In this document: piece after piece, positions 12,528-27,637 of the stretch
Layout: every line of letters begins with the position of its first letter
Numbering within the stretch: position 1 is the first letter of the stretch
From: Amoebophrya sp. A120
Taxonomy: Eukaryota > Protista > Dinoflagellata
Assembly: GCA_905178155.1 (NCBI GenBank)
Contig: CAJINV010000016.1
Location: forward strand, 835,386-899,385
DNA: 64,000 bases
Reading direction: 5' to 3'
Made by a program: the position numbers and the translations under genes
Notes under the pieces: generated by a model
What the model was told of the DNA's origin: nothing
Database searches by the model: none
The model's input: only the letters and a program-made list of their open reading frames with translations

Positions 12528-13516
12528 TATCGAAGAAAAAAAGTGTTACTGTTACACATTGCAAGAAAAAAACCGAATATTTTCATCCGTTCAGTAAGAA
12601 TTTTTTTGGCACGCAGGTCGGCGAAAACTTCGTTTCTGATGAATGACGCAGACATGACGAAGGCAGCCAGCCATCGGCCCCCTCAGTTACGTCCTACACT
12701 AGCTAGCTGAGGGCGCGCCTATTTTGGCGCTTCGCTCCCAATGGCTCGCCCGGAATGCGGTTCGCTGGCCTTGTGTTTCCTGGCCCCATCCCGTGACAAC
12801 ATGAAGCAGAGAATACAGATGGAAGGGGACTCGGTCACAAGAGTGGCAAACCGCCTCCGGGTGAACATTGGCAGGGTTTTGGTAACCCTGTAGCACGAGT
12901 GTTTCGCTATCAAGCATGCGCGGCTTGACTTGTAGGGGAGATATTTTCTCAGACACCCACGGAAGAGCCTGCGCCCGCAGGATCCCTGAAATTCAATCAC
13001 GGACGTGGGGGCAGCTTCTTTTACGTGGTGTGCAAACTTGACGCAAAGCCTCTAGCTGAAGGCTCGCGCTTTCGCGTGTTTGCTTTCAGTCGAGGTGTTA
13101 CACACTTGGAAAAAAAAACGGCAATCTCTTGCGCAAAATCGCCCACATTTTGACCCTCCCTTGAGGGCTGGCCAATGTTACACATTTTGGTGTGTAACAC
13201 AGCAGTTTTTTTGCGAACCCCCATGGCACTCTGCGATTTACTGTGTTACACATTTCAAACAGTATCAAGATTCCGCTCGGGGAGAAAAGTCTAGAAGTTG
13301 GATGTCGCCCGGTGAAAAAAGTGTTACATATCGAAAAAAAAGTGATACAGTTGCTATTTTTTCTGGCCTTGCTTTGACCCCTCAAAAAAATGCAGTGTGT
13401 ATCACTTTTTTTTGCAATCCGGGTGGAAAGTTGGCTTTCGGGACAGGGCGCCGATTTCGCCAGGAAAGGGCAAATTACGTAGAGCCATCATGGCCACGAT
13501 GGGAAGGAAAAGGCTG
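12528..13516. mobile_element. About 1-kb insertion flanked by a 56-bp direct repeat of the H3 3' end
   Basis: 12472-12527 is identical to 13517-13572. The insert begins TATCGAAGAAAAAAAGTGTTAC and carries several TGTTACA(C) motifs. Confidence 0.5.
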
Positions 13517-13524
13517 GCATTCGC

Positions 13525-16500
13525 GGCGAGCGCCGGGACCCGGGGAACGGTTACTAAGCAAACAGTAACTGTGAATATGTCAACATCTTCGAAAGTGTTG
13601 ACTTCCACTGCATCGCAGAAGTGGGACGAGCAATAGACGGTCTATAACGAGAGGGTAAGACTAAGAATAGACTTCTAGAAAATGATTTTGCAAATTGCAT
13701 CGATTGCAAGATAACTTGATCAACATAGGACCTCCTTTTATCGTTGTAGACAGGGCGTAGCTAGCACATGTGCCGGAGATCGGATCAATGGCATGTGCGT
13801 TGGCATGAACCTAGAGAAGCGAATAGAAGACACTTCTGCTGCAGTTTCCTATGAAAGATCTTTGAATTAACACCGGATCATGTATCCATCAGGCAAAAAA
13901 CCATCTTCATACACAGCAGCTGCACAACATCAAACTAAATTGTAAAGAATACTATTGGCGCGACGTCAGGAGTAGAATTCGAAATTGAGATCAACATCAA
14001 CGAGCTGATTTTTGCGAACACTAGCTAGATTTTGATAAGATGATCTTGATCACAGAAAACAACAAGCCGCGGCTCCTTTCATCTTTATTTTGCGAGAAAA
14101 GATGAGGAACCACTACTGCTCTCGAAGATACTAAGACTGGTCAAAGTATTTCTGCTCAACACCGCTGTACATGAGGATGGCTTTTGTCAAAAAAAGATTG
14201 ATCATAATTTTCCCTTTCATTTCTATGAACTACTGTCAATTATCTGGTAGCTCCGTATAGAAGGCCTATGTATGTATTTCTATTTCGAGAAGGTGTGCTC
14301 GCTCCGGGAAGTAGTTCTTGACATCTTCCTCTGGCCGTTTCGGATTGTACTCCGATGTACTTCTGTCGTGACCCCTGCGCTGTAAATTCTTTGGATATTA
14401 TGACTGCTCTCACGTGAGCCGATCGGGACCGACCAATTACTTCTCTTGAGCAGTATACTATACGTTCTAGCTGCTGAGGCTGATAGATTTACAAGATGGA
14501 AACAGGACTACTTCCGGTATTTTTATACTGACGGCATGGAATCGATGGAAGGAAAAAATAAGAATGAAGAAGGATTTCTAGAGTGACGTCCATGCTAATG
14601 CGCAGGAAGCAGTGTCTTTTTTGTTCTCTTAGAACTACCTACTTGCTGAGGAGGTAGAAATTGTTTCACGAGAAGAAAATGCGTACTAGTCACTGGTCTA
14701 AAAAAAAAAACAAATCTGAGACGATCTTCGAAGTAACAGGGTCTTGGCAAATGCAGGTAACATATCGCACATAATTCCAGATGAATTTGGCTTTTGGATA
14801 ATAACTTGTTTGCTCGGAATTCCAATTCCAATTCGTTTCACTCATCAAGAAGGATCAGCGTTCTGGAAAATGTAGCGAACTTTTTTTGCAGAAATTAAGA
14901 TGAATCGGAGGATCGTGCCGAAAATGTGACTTTGGTATCTCTAGGGGACGGTGGGTGCGTCGACTGGTACAAATCTCTAGCAAGGCCGCGGATGCAAGGA
15001 AACAACGGAAAACTCCGAGAGCAATTTATTCGTTTTCACACCCACGAATTTTCCTGCAGCGACCCCTCTTTTTCCAACAACATGAGAAATACCATGATAG
15101 AGTTTCATCCTTCATGTTGTTGTTTCCAACTTGATTTCGCGAATTATACCGAATTAGTCGGCAATATTGTATCGTAGTGCACGTGAGTGGCGAGCGCCGG
15201 GACCCGGGGAACGGTTACTAAGCAAGTAGTAACTGTGAAATTGTCAACATCGAAAGTGTTGACTTCTACTGCACCGCAGAAGTGGGACGAGCAATAGACG
15301 GTTTATAACGACTAATAGAGATGACCCCCTCGTCGAGGGGGTAAGAACAATGGACTTCTAGAAAATGATTTTGCATATTGCATCGATTGCAAGATTATAA
15401 CTTGATCAACATAGCACCTTCTTTTATCGTTGTAGACAGGCCGCAGCTAGTACATGTGCCGAAGATCCGATCAATGGCATGTGTGTTGGCACGAACCTAG
15501 AGAAAGAGAAGACACTTCTGCTGCAGTTTTTTATGAAAGATCTTTGAATTAACACCGGATCATGTATCCATCAGGCAAAAAACCATCTTCATACACAGCA
15601 GCTGCACAACATCAAACTAAATTGTAAAGAATACTATTGGCGCGACGTCAGGAGTAGAATTCGAAATTGAGATCAACATCAACGAGCTGATTTTTGCGAA
15701 CACTAGCTAGATTTTGATAGGATGATCTTGTTCACACAAAACAAAAACCCGTGGCTCCTTTCATCTTTATTTTGCGAGAAAAGATGAGGAACCACTACTG
15801 CTCTCGAAGATATTAAGACCGGTCAAGGTATTTATGCTCAACATCGCTGTACATGAGGATGGCTTTTGCCCAAAAAAAGATTGATCATAATTTTCCCTTT
15901 CATTTCTATGTGAAGTTCTGTCAATTATCTGGTAGCTCCGTATAGAAGGCCTATGTATGTACTTATTTCTATTTCGAGAAGGTGTGCTCGCTCCGGGAAG
16001 TAGTTCTTGACATCTTCCTCTGGCCGTTTCGGATTGTACTCCGATGTACTCCTGTCGTGACCCCTGCGCTGTAAATTCTTTGGAAATTATTATAACTGCT
16101 TTCACATGAGGATGAGCCGATCGGGACCGACCAATTACTTCTTCTCTTGAGCAGTATACTATACGTTCTAGCTGAGGCTGATAGATTTACAAGATGGAAA
16201 GAGGACTATTTCCGGTATTTTTATACTGACGGCATGGAATCGATGGAAGGAAAAAATGAAAAAGAATTTCTAGGGTGACGCGCATTGTAATGCGCAGGAA
16301 GCACTGCCTTTTTTGTTCTCTTAACACTACCTACTTGTTCAGGAGGTGGAAATTGTTTCACGAAGAGAAAATGCGTACTAGTCACTGGTCTAAAAAAAAC
16401 AAATCAGAGACGATCTTCGAAGTAGCAGGGTCTTGGCAAGAGCAGGCAACAAATCGCACATAATTCCGGATGAATTTACCAATTTGGCTTTTGGATTTAT

Positions 16501-16872
16501 AACTTTCCTCGGAATTCCAATTTCAATTCGTTTCATTCATCAAGGATCAGCGCTCTGGAAAATGTAGCGAGCTTTTTCTGCAGAAATTAAGATGAACCAG
16601 AGGATGAAATTATGAATGACTTTGGTATTTTTAGGGGGTGGTGGGTACGTCGACTGGTATTAATCTTTAGCAAGGCCGCGGATGCAAGGAAAAGGAAAAC
16701 TCCGAGAGGAATTTATTCGTTTTCACACCCACAAATTTTCCTGCAGCGACCCCTCTTTTTCCAACAACATGAAAAATATCCTGATAGAGTTTCATCCTTC
16801 ATGTTGTTGTTTCCAACTTGATTTCGCGCCGAATTATACCGAATCATTGGCAATATTGTGTCGTAGTGTCAC
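13525..16872. repeat. About 1.66-kb tandem duplication (13525-15182 and 15189-16872) of the H3 3' end plus the H3-CDC5 intergenic region
   Basis: Colinear, highly similar copies with scattered substitutions and indels; both start GGCGAGCGCCGGGACCCGGGGAACGGTTACTAAG. Confidence 0.92.
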
Positions 16873-16974
16873 ACTTGTTCCATAGCGACAGTGAAGTTCG
16901 ACAGTGAAGTTTGAAAGCTATCCTTTCCGACAGTTTTCATCAGCTTTTACTCCTTTTGTGCGAGTATTTTGTAA

Positions 16975-20318
<3,344 letters not shown>

Positions 20319-21802
20319 ATGGAGGTGACAGATTGCTGCGTTGCTAGTACATCTATGTGAAGCAGTACTAGGCAGCACTCTCTCGAGGACCGCGACCGAA
20401 TTCAGCGACTCTGACTCAAAGTTTGTTATATCCGTCATATCGACACTTTAGTATCATGTCGACAAGTTTTGCCAAGCAAGTCGATGAATGGAAGTGAATC
20501 GAGCAAAGGAACACTCAGCTACGCCAACGATCTTCTTGTCACGAAGTAGCGGTGGCATTATATGTTTGCGTGTTCGCGAGGAGAGGTTTGAATGTTCCTC
20601 ATGGTTAATTGCACCACGCAGCTGTTGTGTAACTGTATGTAGTACGTATCGAGAGAGACTGAAAAGAACGCTAAGGACACCGAAGACGTAGTTCAGTGTC
20701 GGCAGAATTTTCAGAAAGTTCAGGCGTTCTTCCAGGCTGCTCTGGCCGGCGCGTCAGTGACCCAGGTTGCAAGTTCGTGGACGTGTTTCTTACATTTGAA
20801 TTGGGAAAATGTATTTGTGGCACAGGACCTCAAGCTTTGATATCTACCAATGGCGTTCATTGGGTCGAATTCTGTTACGATATCATTATCATTATCAAGA
20901 AGAGTAAGCGTTTCCTATCTTGACTGTGAATGCCTACTGTCCCAGAGATAGAATAAAGACCGACCCGCTGTGACTTTGTGCTGCCGCGCATACCAATTTG
21001 TGGAGCACAAGACGATCAATCAAGAACAGCAGCAGCTCTTTCGCTGCAGCAACACACCCTTCCTCGTCTCCTCGGGACTACGGATCTCAGTACCGGCACG
21101 CGACGACAGGTGCAGTGCGTATTACGACCCCACGGAACGATCCCACTGCAAACTTGGTGAGTAATAACAGTCGACCTACTATCACTATCCGCGTGTGCCT
21201 GCTACCTTGTAGTACGCCGGTTCGCCACCTCTCGTCGCAGTGACGTCTTCATCAGATACACAGGTAAAAATCTGCAGGTTTGCGCACTTCATCTACAACT
21301 ACAGCGGTAGCAGTTGCCCGATCACTCGCACCATATTTTCCTTAGGACGCGACGGCGACACAGACGTCGCCCGGGCGCTCTTGGCACGCCGCGCTTGTGC
21401 AGAGACCGGACGAAGAAGCCTCTCTCCCCTTTCGCCGCCACTCGAACACAGACCTGACACCGGGAGCAAGATACAACAGCTGACGGTCGCACCGTATTAA
21501 CGAGGGGACAAGACGACCCTAACCTGGCAGCAAGGCTAGATCTTCCTTCCCTGATACAACTCAAGCAACAGCGGCGCACTGTGAGAGTACACCGGAGCAG
21601 TAGTGCCGACAGAACAACAAGAGGAGGCACTTAGAAGAAACCGGCGATATTTAGCAAAACGTAAAGACAGTCGGGAGCAGTACGTTCTTCGGCCCCAGTT
21701 CAAAAGCGGCTTTCTTACTGGCCGAAGGCTCGCGTTCGATCTGTGTTTTCCGCGCTTTGGCCGTCCCTTTTCCAAATCGCAGGCGGAAATACCGGTCACA
21801 AA

Positions 21803-22767
21803 ATGGGCGCGAAACCCTCAAAAACCTTGATGGACACCATCATCGAGGTAAAATTGACGAAAAAACGACTCGAAGCAGCGCAGAGGAAGGCAGAAAAACA
21901 GCACGGCATGGAGAAGCAAAAGGTACTTTTAGTAGTGATGAATGAGTTTGAGTGATCAGAATTCCAGGTACTCGCAGAGAAAGATTCAGAAAGCGGAATT
22001 GCTTTCGCATTGGCATGTTAGTTTCTGATGTCGCAGAGCTGGAGTTTGTCTACCTCCGAGGTTCAGGGAATGGTTCCAGAACTTGTTCATCTTTCTAATT
22101 CCCCAGGTCCTGAAAGCCATCGAGCAGGGAAACCTCGAGGGCGCACGTGTTTACGCAGAAAACGCAATACGGAAGAAATCCGAAGCGCTGCAGATGCTCC
22201 GACTCGCGGCTAGAATGGACGCTGTAGCGTCGAAACTAGACACAGCAGAGAAAACACAGGCGATGTCGCAGAACATATCGGACACAATACCCCAGTTAGA
22301 CGACGCGCTGACAAAGATGACACCGGAAGCAATCGCGACGAACATGGACCAATTTGAGAAGATTTTCGACGACCGTACTTGTTTGATGTCTGGATCATGT
22401 TTTGGTTCGATTTTCGGGTTGTGCGTTCGTGATGTGAAAATTTAGAGAAAGAGGTAAGGGAATGAAAAAAGGGCTACGACATGTCTCACATAAACAAATC
22501 ACAGTGGACGTGCGCATGAACTACATCACGACGGCGGTTGACAGCACCACCGCTTCGGCAACACCAACAAACGAAGTCGACCTACTCATCCAGCAGGTCG
22601 GTGAGGAGCACGCCATGGATGTTTCCAACCTCCTAAATCAGGACGGACTGAAAGACCCCCTGACGGCGGCGATCTTGAATCCGGCCGCCGGGCTTCCGGG
22701 CAAGGACGCGTCGAAAGATTCGGTTGGGGAGGATTTGGAAAGCCGGCTCGCGGCGTTGCGGTCGTGA
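21803..22767 (+). CDS. CHMP1: ESCRT-III subunit CHMP1/Did2 (Snf7 family), 3 exons
   Basis: KAIEQGNLEGARVYAENAIRKKSEALQMLRLAARMDAVASKL and C-terminal MIM1 DLESRLAALRS. GT-AG introns 21923-22106 and 22375-22504. Confidence 0.92.
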
Positions 22768-23295
22768 TGAGGATAGTATCGCCTTCGCGGTACGGTGACC
22801 CGCGATTTTGGATGCGTCCCGCGTGCAAGTAGGTAAAGCACGCCATACAGGAGTCGCAGCTCTGCTTCGTTTTCGTTCTGGAAAAAAGAGACTCAGAAAA
22901 ATGAAAGACTTTTTCGAACAACCGCAATGACAACCTACATCTAAAGATCCGGCAGGTGTCCATCAGAAGATGGAAAGTTGAAATGTACGATCGTTTGTAA
23001 GTTCGGAGGAGTATTGCGTTTTGACATCCCTCTTCCGGTTTCGAAATTTAGTTTGAGGTTTTTCTTTTGTTCCAGAGCCGGTGCCGGTTCTCAGATCTAA
23101 AGATTCTAAAAGATCTCGCTCCACTTTCTACGGGCGCCTGCTCGCTTTTCGTGTCTTTTCGATTACAGATGATCCGAAAGACAAAGATCCATGCCTACGT
23201 ATCGTGACCCTGAAAGCATTTTTAACATCGAACGCCAATCTATAAATTTTAGCAAGCTCGGTGTTCTAGTTCTACAGGTGTTTTGTTTCAAAAAA

Positions 23296-24822
23296 ATGCG
23301 TCGCTTCCACCTCTTGTCCCTTGCCCTGCTCGTGCCGGTCACCGCTAAACTGAAGCTGAAGAAGAATGTTGTTCCCATTACCACGGGTAAGGTCTACCCG
23401 GACGCCATGGCAGCGTGCTGTGCCTGCTTTAAGGTGAAGTACTCGTTTCCAGAAAACGGCGGGTTCGCGCCGACCTTCGCCTTGAAGCACACCTGCAACA
23501 CGTGCTATGTCGCCGACCGGTATGGGACCGATGCGAAGGAGGAAGAGACCTTTGACGTCCCAGCGGGGCACGCGAAAACCGAGGAGGGTTACGAACAGAC
23601 CAAGGCGTATGGAAGTGTCAGGATCGAAATCGTCAAAGTTGAAAAAAATTGTAATGCATAAAATGCGACCGAAAAAGTGGCTGGATTGCAGAGGACGCAA
23701 GGGGGCCAGATTATAGTCCTGCTAAGGGTCAGGAGTTGGGCTGCTGACTAGCATGACAGAGAGGAGCTTCTTTGCCCTAAAACGCATGACAGGTTCAGTT
23801 CCAGGACAGGGCAAATTTGTCATGCGCCGACTACAGACTGTGGGTCTAACTGGCATCGATTTTACGCATCACAAATTTTTCGACTTTTTCGATTTCGATC
23901 CTGACACTCCTATAAGGCGGAAGTGAAGGCCATCCACGAGTGGAACTGGAACTGCGCCGAGGGCAAGGCTCCGGAGGATGAGGCGCAGTTCGCCGCTGGT
24001 ATAGTTTGTTCTTTCGGGATTGTTTGCCTGCACAGGCTGTCATATGGAGTTAAAAATTCGCCTGAAGGAATGGAGTGTGCGCGTGATGGGTGCCTAAAGT
24101 GGATGCGTACTTGGGTATAATCTTAATTTCTAAATTCTTGCCTTTCTTGTATCAGGTCCGGTCCCCGGGGAGCCGTCTGCCCGGTCGAGCTTCTTGATGT
24201 GCAAGGAGGATTATGCATTGCAAATATGTCTCGGTCTGCAAATATGGAACTTGTAATGCTAGTCCTACACTCCTGTAAAATCTGTATTGCATGACGATTA
24301 GCAAGAGGATGCCCCTTTTTGTAAAATACAAAAGGCCTGTCTCTCATGCGGACTGCGCATGAGGAAGTGCTCTGCAAACTTGTCATGCTTGGCTGCATTG
24401 GGAAGTATTTCAGTCTCGCCAATTCAGCATGACATGCTTTCAGACCCAGACGTATTTGCATTTGATAAGGACCCGGGCTGGTACTGCGCCATGGAGGGTG
24501 GACCGGACATGAAGAAGCCGGCGGGTGTATCCTGAGTAAAAACGTCCCCACAACAGAGTTGTCATGCAATTCTGCATGCCAAAAAAGTTTCTCATGCGGA
24601 GCCCTATGAGAAGCATTTTCTATTCGTGTTTTAGAATTTGTGATGCTAGAATCAGTATGGTAGGCTAGATCTGTAATGCTTCTGAACTAGCTAAACAGGA
24701 TTACACTACGAGGACAAAGTTGTCATGCGAAACAACCAAAGTTGGCCGATTTGTCTAGCAGATTTCCCATGTTGACTCTGGTATGGGGAAGCTTTTACTC
24801 AGGATAGGGTGTAGGATCTTGA
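23296..24822 (+). CDS. Small cysteine-rich secreted protein of unknown function, 5 exons
   Basis: Signal peptide MRRFHLLSLALLVPVTA. Frame is continuous after removing introners 23608-23914, 24212-24467, 24528-24806 and GT-AG intron 23999-24155; ends KKPAGVGS*. Confidence 0.8.
23608..23914. mobile_element. Introner, singleton family
   Basis: TATGGAAGTGTCAGGATCGAAATCG / CGATTTCGATCCTGACACTCCTATA; TSD AGGCG. Confidence 0.9.
24212..24467. mobile_element. Introner, family A
   Basis: TATGCATTGCAAATATGTCTCGGTCTG / CAGACCCAGACGTATTTGCATTTGATA; TSD AGGAT/AGGAC. Confidence 0.88.
24528..24806. mobile_element. Introner, family C
   Basis: TATCCTGAGTAAAAACGTCCCCA / TGGGGAAGCTTTTACTCAGGATA; TSD GGGTG. 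Confidence 0.9.
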
Positions 24823-25403
24823 AGAAATCCCTTGATCCTGCTTCATCATTTGCAGGCCATCCGCTGCAAAACGAAAAGGTTCACAGGTGCAGCCTCTGCA
24901 ACACAAATACTTTCATTCATAGTACTCATTTGAACCCCTGTATTTCTGATAATTGTGCAGCTCCATTCGGAGCTTGTCATGCGAAAGCTTCGATAAAAGA
25001 ATGCTGATTTTCCTTAGCATTTTGCACCAGAGATGAGCGGGTGGGATTTGTTCCCTTTCATATTCGGATGGTGAGGTGGAGAAGCTGGATGAGGACACCG
25101 GGTCGGACACCTTGGTCGAGACCATGAGCATGCCGGAGATTGGCGCCGAGTAGAGTAGTTCAGACAACATCAACTTTTCGAATTCTCTTTCTGCAAGTCT
25201 TACTGTAAAAAATGCACCTGTACTCAAGGAAAACTAAAAAGGTAAAGGCAGAAGAACAAAGTATACTTCTGCGGTCCATCTGCCTAGACGCGCTGTCAAT
25301 AAAACTCAACTCTCCTACTTTTTTTTTGTCGCACTATCAATTGCGCTTGTCTACTTTAGGTGATCTCCTGTTTCCCGTGCAAAGATGTTTTTTATTGTAC
25401 CAG

Positions 25404-25540
25404 TTACCAGCGAATTTGAAAGTAAAGTTCATCTCATAATACGTTTCAAACTTTTACCAGCGATTTTTCTTTATGTAAATTTACCAGCGATTTTTCTTTT
25501 TACGTTTACCAGCGATAGCATTTCAAACTTTTACCAGCGA
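25404..25540. repeat. Five copies of TTACCAGCGA in an intergenic region
   Basis: Copies start at 25404, 25454, 25481, 25506 and 25531. Confidence 0.8.
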
Positions 25541-26000
25541 TTTCAAAAATGTCAGAGAACCAGCACGGCACGGGAAAAACTAACGTTTCAATGAAGCGCG
25601 CAAAGAGAGAAGATTGAGTAAAACGCAGCGTGCCTGGCTACACAGGAGAGTTCTGATGGTAGGATACGAGTGCGTTTGAAAATTTTGTCTGTAAGATCTG
25701 ATCTTGATAATTACGCTTTCGAACGGCAGATTCCATCGAGAAAAGCGTTGGTTTCTGTTCCGCTTCTGCCCGTGTCCGGTTCGGCAGCTGTTGCGCGACC
25801 ACTGCAAGTTTTGCAGCTCTAGAGCGGAACGAGAAAGGTCGTGTGTCGCCAGCACCCTTTTAACATCATTTCGTTTGTCGCTCGGTACTCGTGGAATCTA
25901 TTATCGGAGTCTCGCCCTCGACGATCGTATCGCAGCCCCTGTTCGTTCGTGTAGTTGTCATCCCCTTCATATGTGAAGAGGTGCGACTTTACTCACAGTT

Positions 26001-26060
26001 ATGAGGTCGAGCCTGCGCTTTTTTTTCCCTAACCACACCGATGCGCAGGCTCGACCTCAT
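26001..26060. repeat. Perfect 18-bp inverted repeat (hairpin)
   Basis: ATGAGGTCGAGCCTGCGC - 24-nt loop - GCGCAGGCTCGACCTCAT. Confidence 0.85.
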
Positions 26061-26313
26061 TTAGGTCTGTCACATAATACTTGGGTCTGAGCGCAGGTCG
26101 GTGCCACTTTCGGGAACGGATTGTGTACCCAAAATGTTTCCGCACTTTGCGCTTCAGCGCAAGTATGTACTCGCACGTTTGCAACAAGTACGGAATGAAG
26201 ATAAAGTGTCCAGAACTACAGTGTCATCGAGGGTAAAGTTCTGCGCAAAGAAAGCAAAGACAAATCTCCTCGCTGCGTCCGCACAACGACATTTCTGAAA
26301 AAGAAAGATCAAC

Positions 26314-26928
26314 ATGGGCGTCTTTTCTATGGCAGCGCAAACTGCAGCTGACGAGCTGTACACCGAGCAGCCTGGTTTCCCCAGAATGGTGCATCACAAC
26401 ACGAATTTCCAAGCCAAGGGAATTCCTTCGTCTTTCTACCTCCCCGACGGCACCCAAAATTGTTCCCTTCCGACGCTCCAAATCGACGGTCTTCGGCCCA
26501 TCGCCTGCCGCAGACACAAACCCGACCGGAGCGAGAGGACCGTTACTTTCGAGGTTTCGAAAAACGACAGCAACACGGCGCCGTCCAAGGAGGCGGAAGA
26601 GTTGGAAAAAATTCTCGAGCAGCAACGAGAGAAAACCCGACACCGGGTAGCGGACCGCGCCGCTGAGGTGGAGAAGGACTATTGGAAGATGCGGGACGAC
26701 GAGGCCAGCATCGAGAAGGCGAACCGCCGACTGTCCTTTTCCCGAGGCCTGCGGGAGGCGAAAAAGTACCGGTCCGAGCAAACGCCTGGCGGGTTTCGGG
26801 TCGTGCCGCACTACACGGCGTATTTGCTGAGTTTGGTGGAGACAAGCATGCGGAAGATGGCGTCGCTGTTCCGGTCCGACGGGAAAATGCGGCAAATGAA
26901 GCTGAGGCTGGCCGGGACGTTTAACTGA
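26314..26928 (+). CDS. Hypothetical protein (204 aa, charged helical C-terminal half)
   Basis: ATG-initiated ORF with GC3-rich codons like the other genes; no recognised domain. Confidence 0.6.
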   Translation: MGVFSMAAQTAADELYTEQPGFPRMVHHNTNFQAKGIPSSFYLPDGTQNCSLPTLQIDGLRPIACRRHKPDRSERTVTFEVSKNDSNTAPSKEAEELEKILEQQREKTRHRVADRAAEVEKDYWKMRDDEASIEKANRRLSFSRGLREAKKYRSEQTPGGFRVVPHYTAYLLSLVETSMRKMASLFRSDGKMRQMKLRLAGTFN

Positions 26929-27637
26929 AGGAGCAGAGGGCGCCGGTTTAGTCCTTGTAAGACACGGTTGTGCCACTGCTAGAACTTGAAGTAGAGGGGC
27001 TAAAAAAAAACCCAGACAACGCTGAGCGATCATCGAAATTTCCGAAAAAGAGTTTCAGTTCCGCTTACTGCAAAACGAAGATGATCATGTACTGTCTTAT
27101 TGAGCTTGTCTGATCATAGATGCCGCTCATTACCATACGGATCGTGGTGTTCATATTCGTGCAGTTTTGGCGATGTGCGTCTGCGTGATTGCTCGGTTCG
27201 GCAGGACGAGAAAGATGATTTTAGCAACGTCGGACGAAGTAGATCCGTGTGGTACTCCATTCTTTCGCCGAAATCAGGATCTCTTCCGTATCTTCTGCGG
27301 TTGCGCCTATTTTGTGACATCGCAAATAGAAAGACCAGACGAGACCTGATGGATCACGCCCATTGCCTGCGGATCATCCTGCCACTGATGATTGTGGTAT
27401 TTCTCTTGAGATCATTGCTGACTCGTACTTATCCCCTAGCCCTACTCTGAAGGTCAAAAATCGAAAACACACTCGTTGTTGGGGGTGCCACTTCGAAGGT
27501 TCTGTCGCATTTATTGAGGATGCAGAAGAAGAAATTGTTCCTCCAAGATTCTATCGTGCAAAAGGTAGATCTCGACTAGATATTGTAGAGGCCACACTTG
27601 TGCTGGTTGCGGAAGCGAGTGCAAGACGATTTTGGCG

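Noticed and set aside
25404-25540. CRISPR-like repeat/spacer pattern
   Set aside because: Repeats are 10 bp, spacers resemble each other, there are no cas genes, and the context is eukaryotic.
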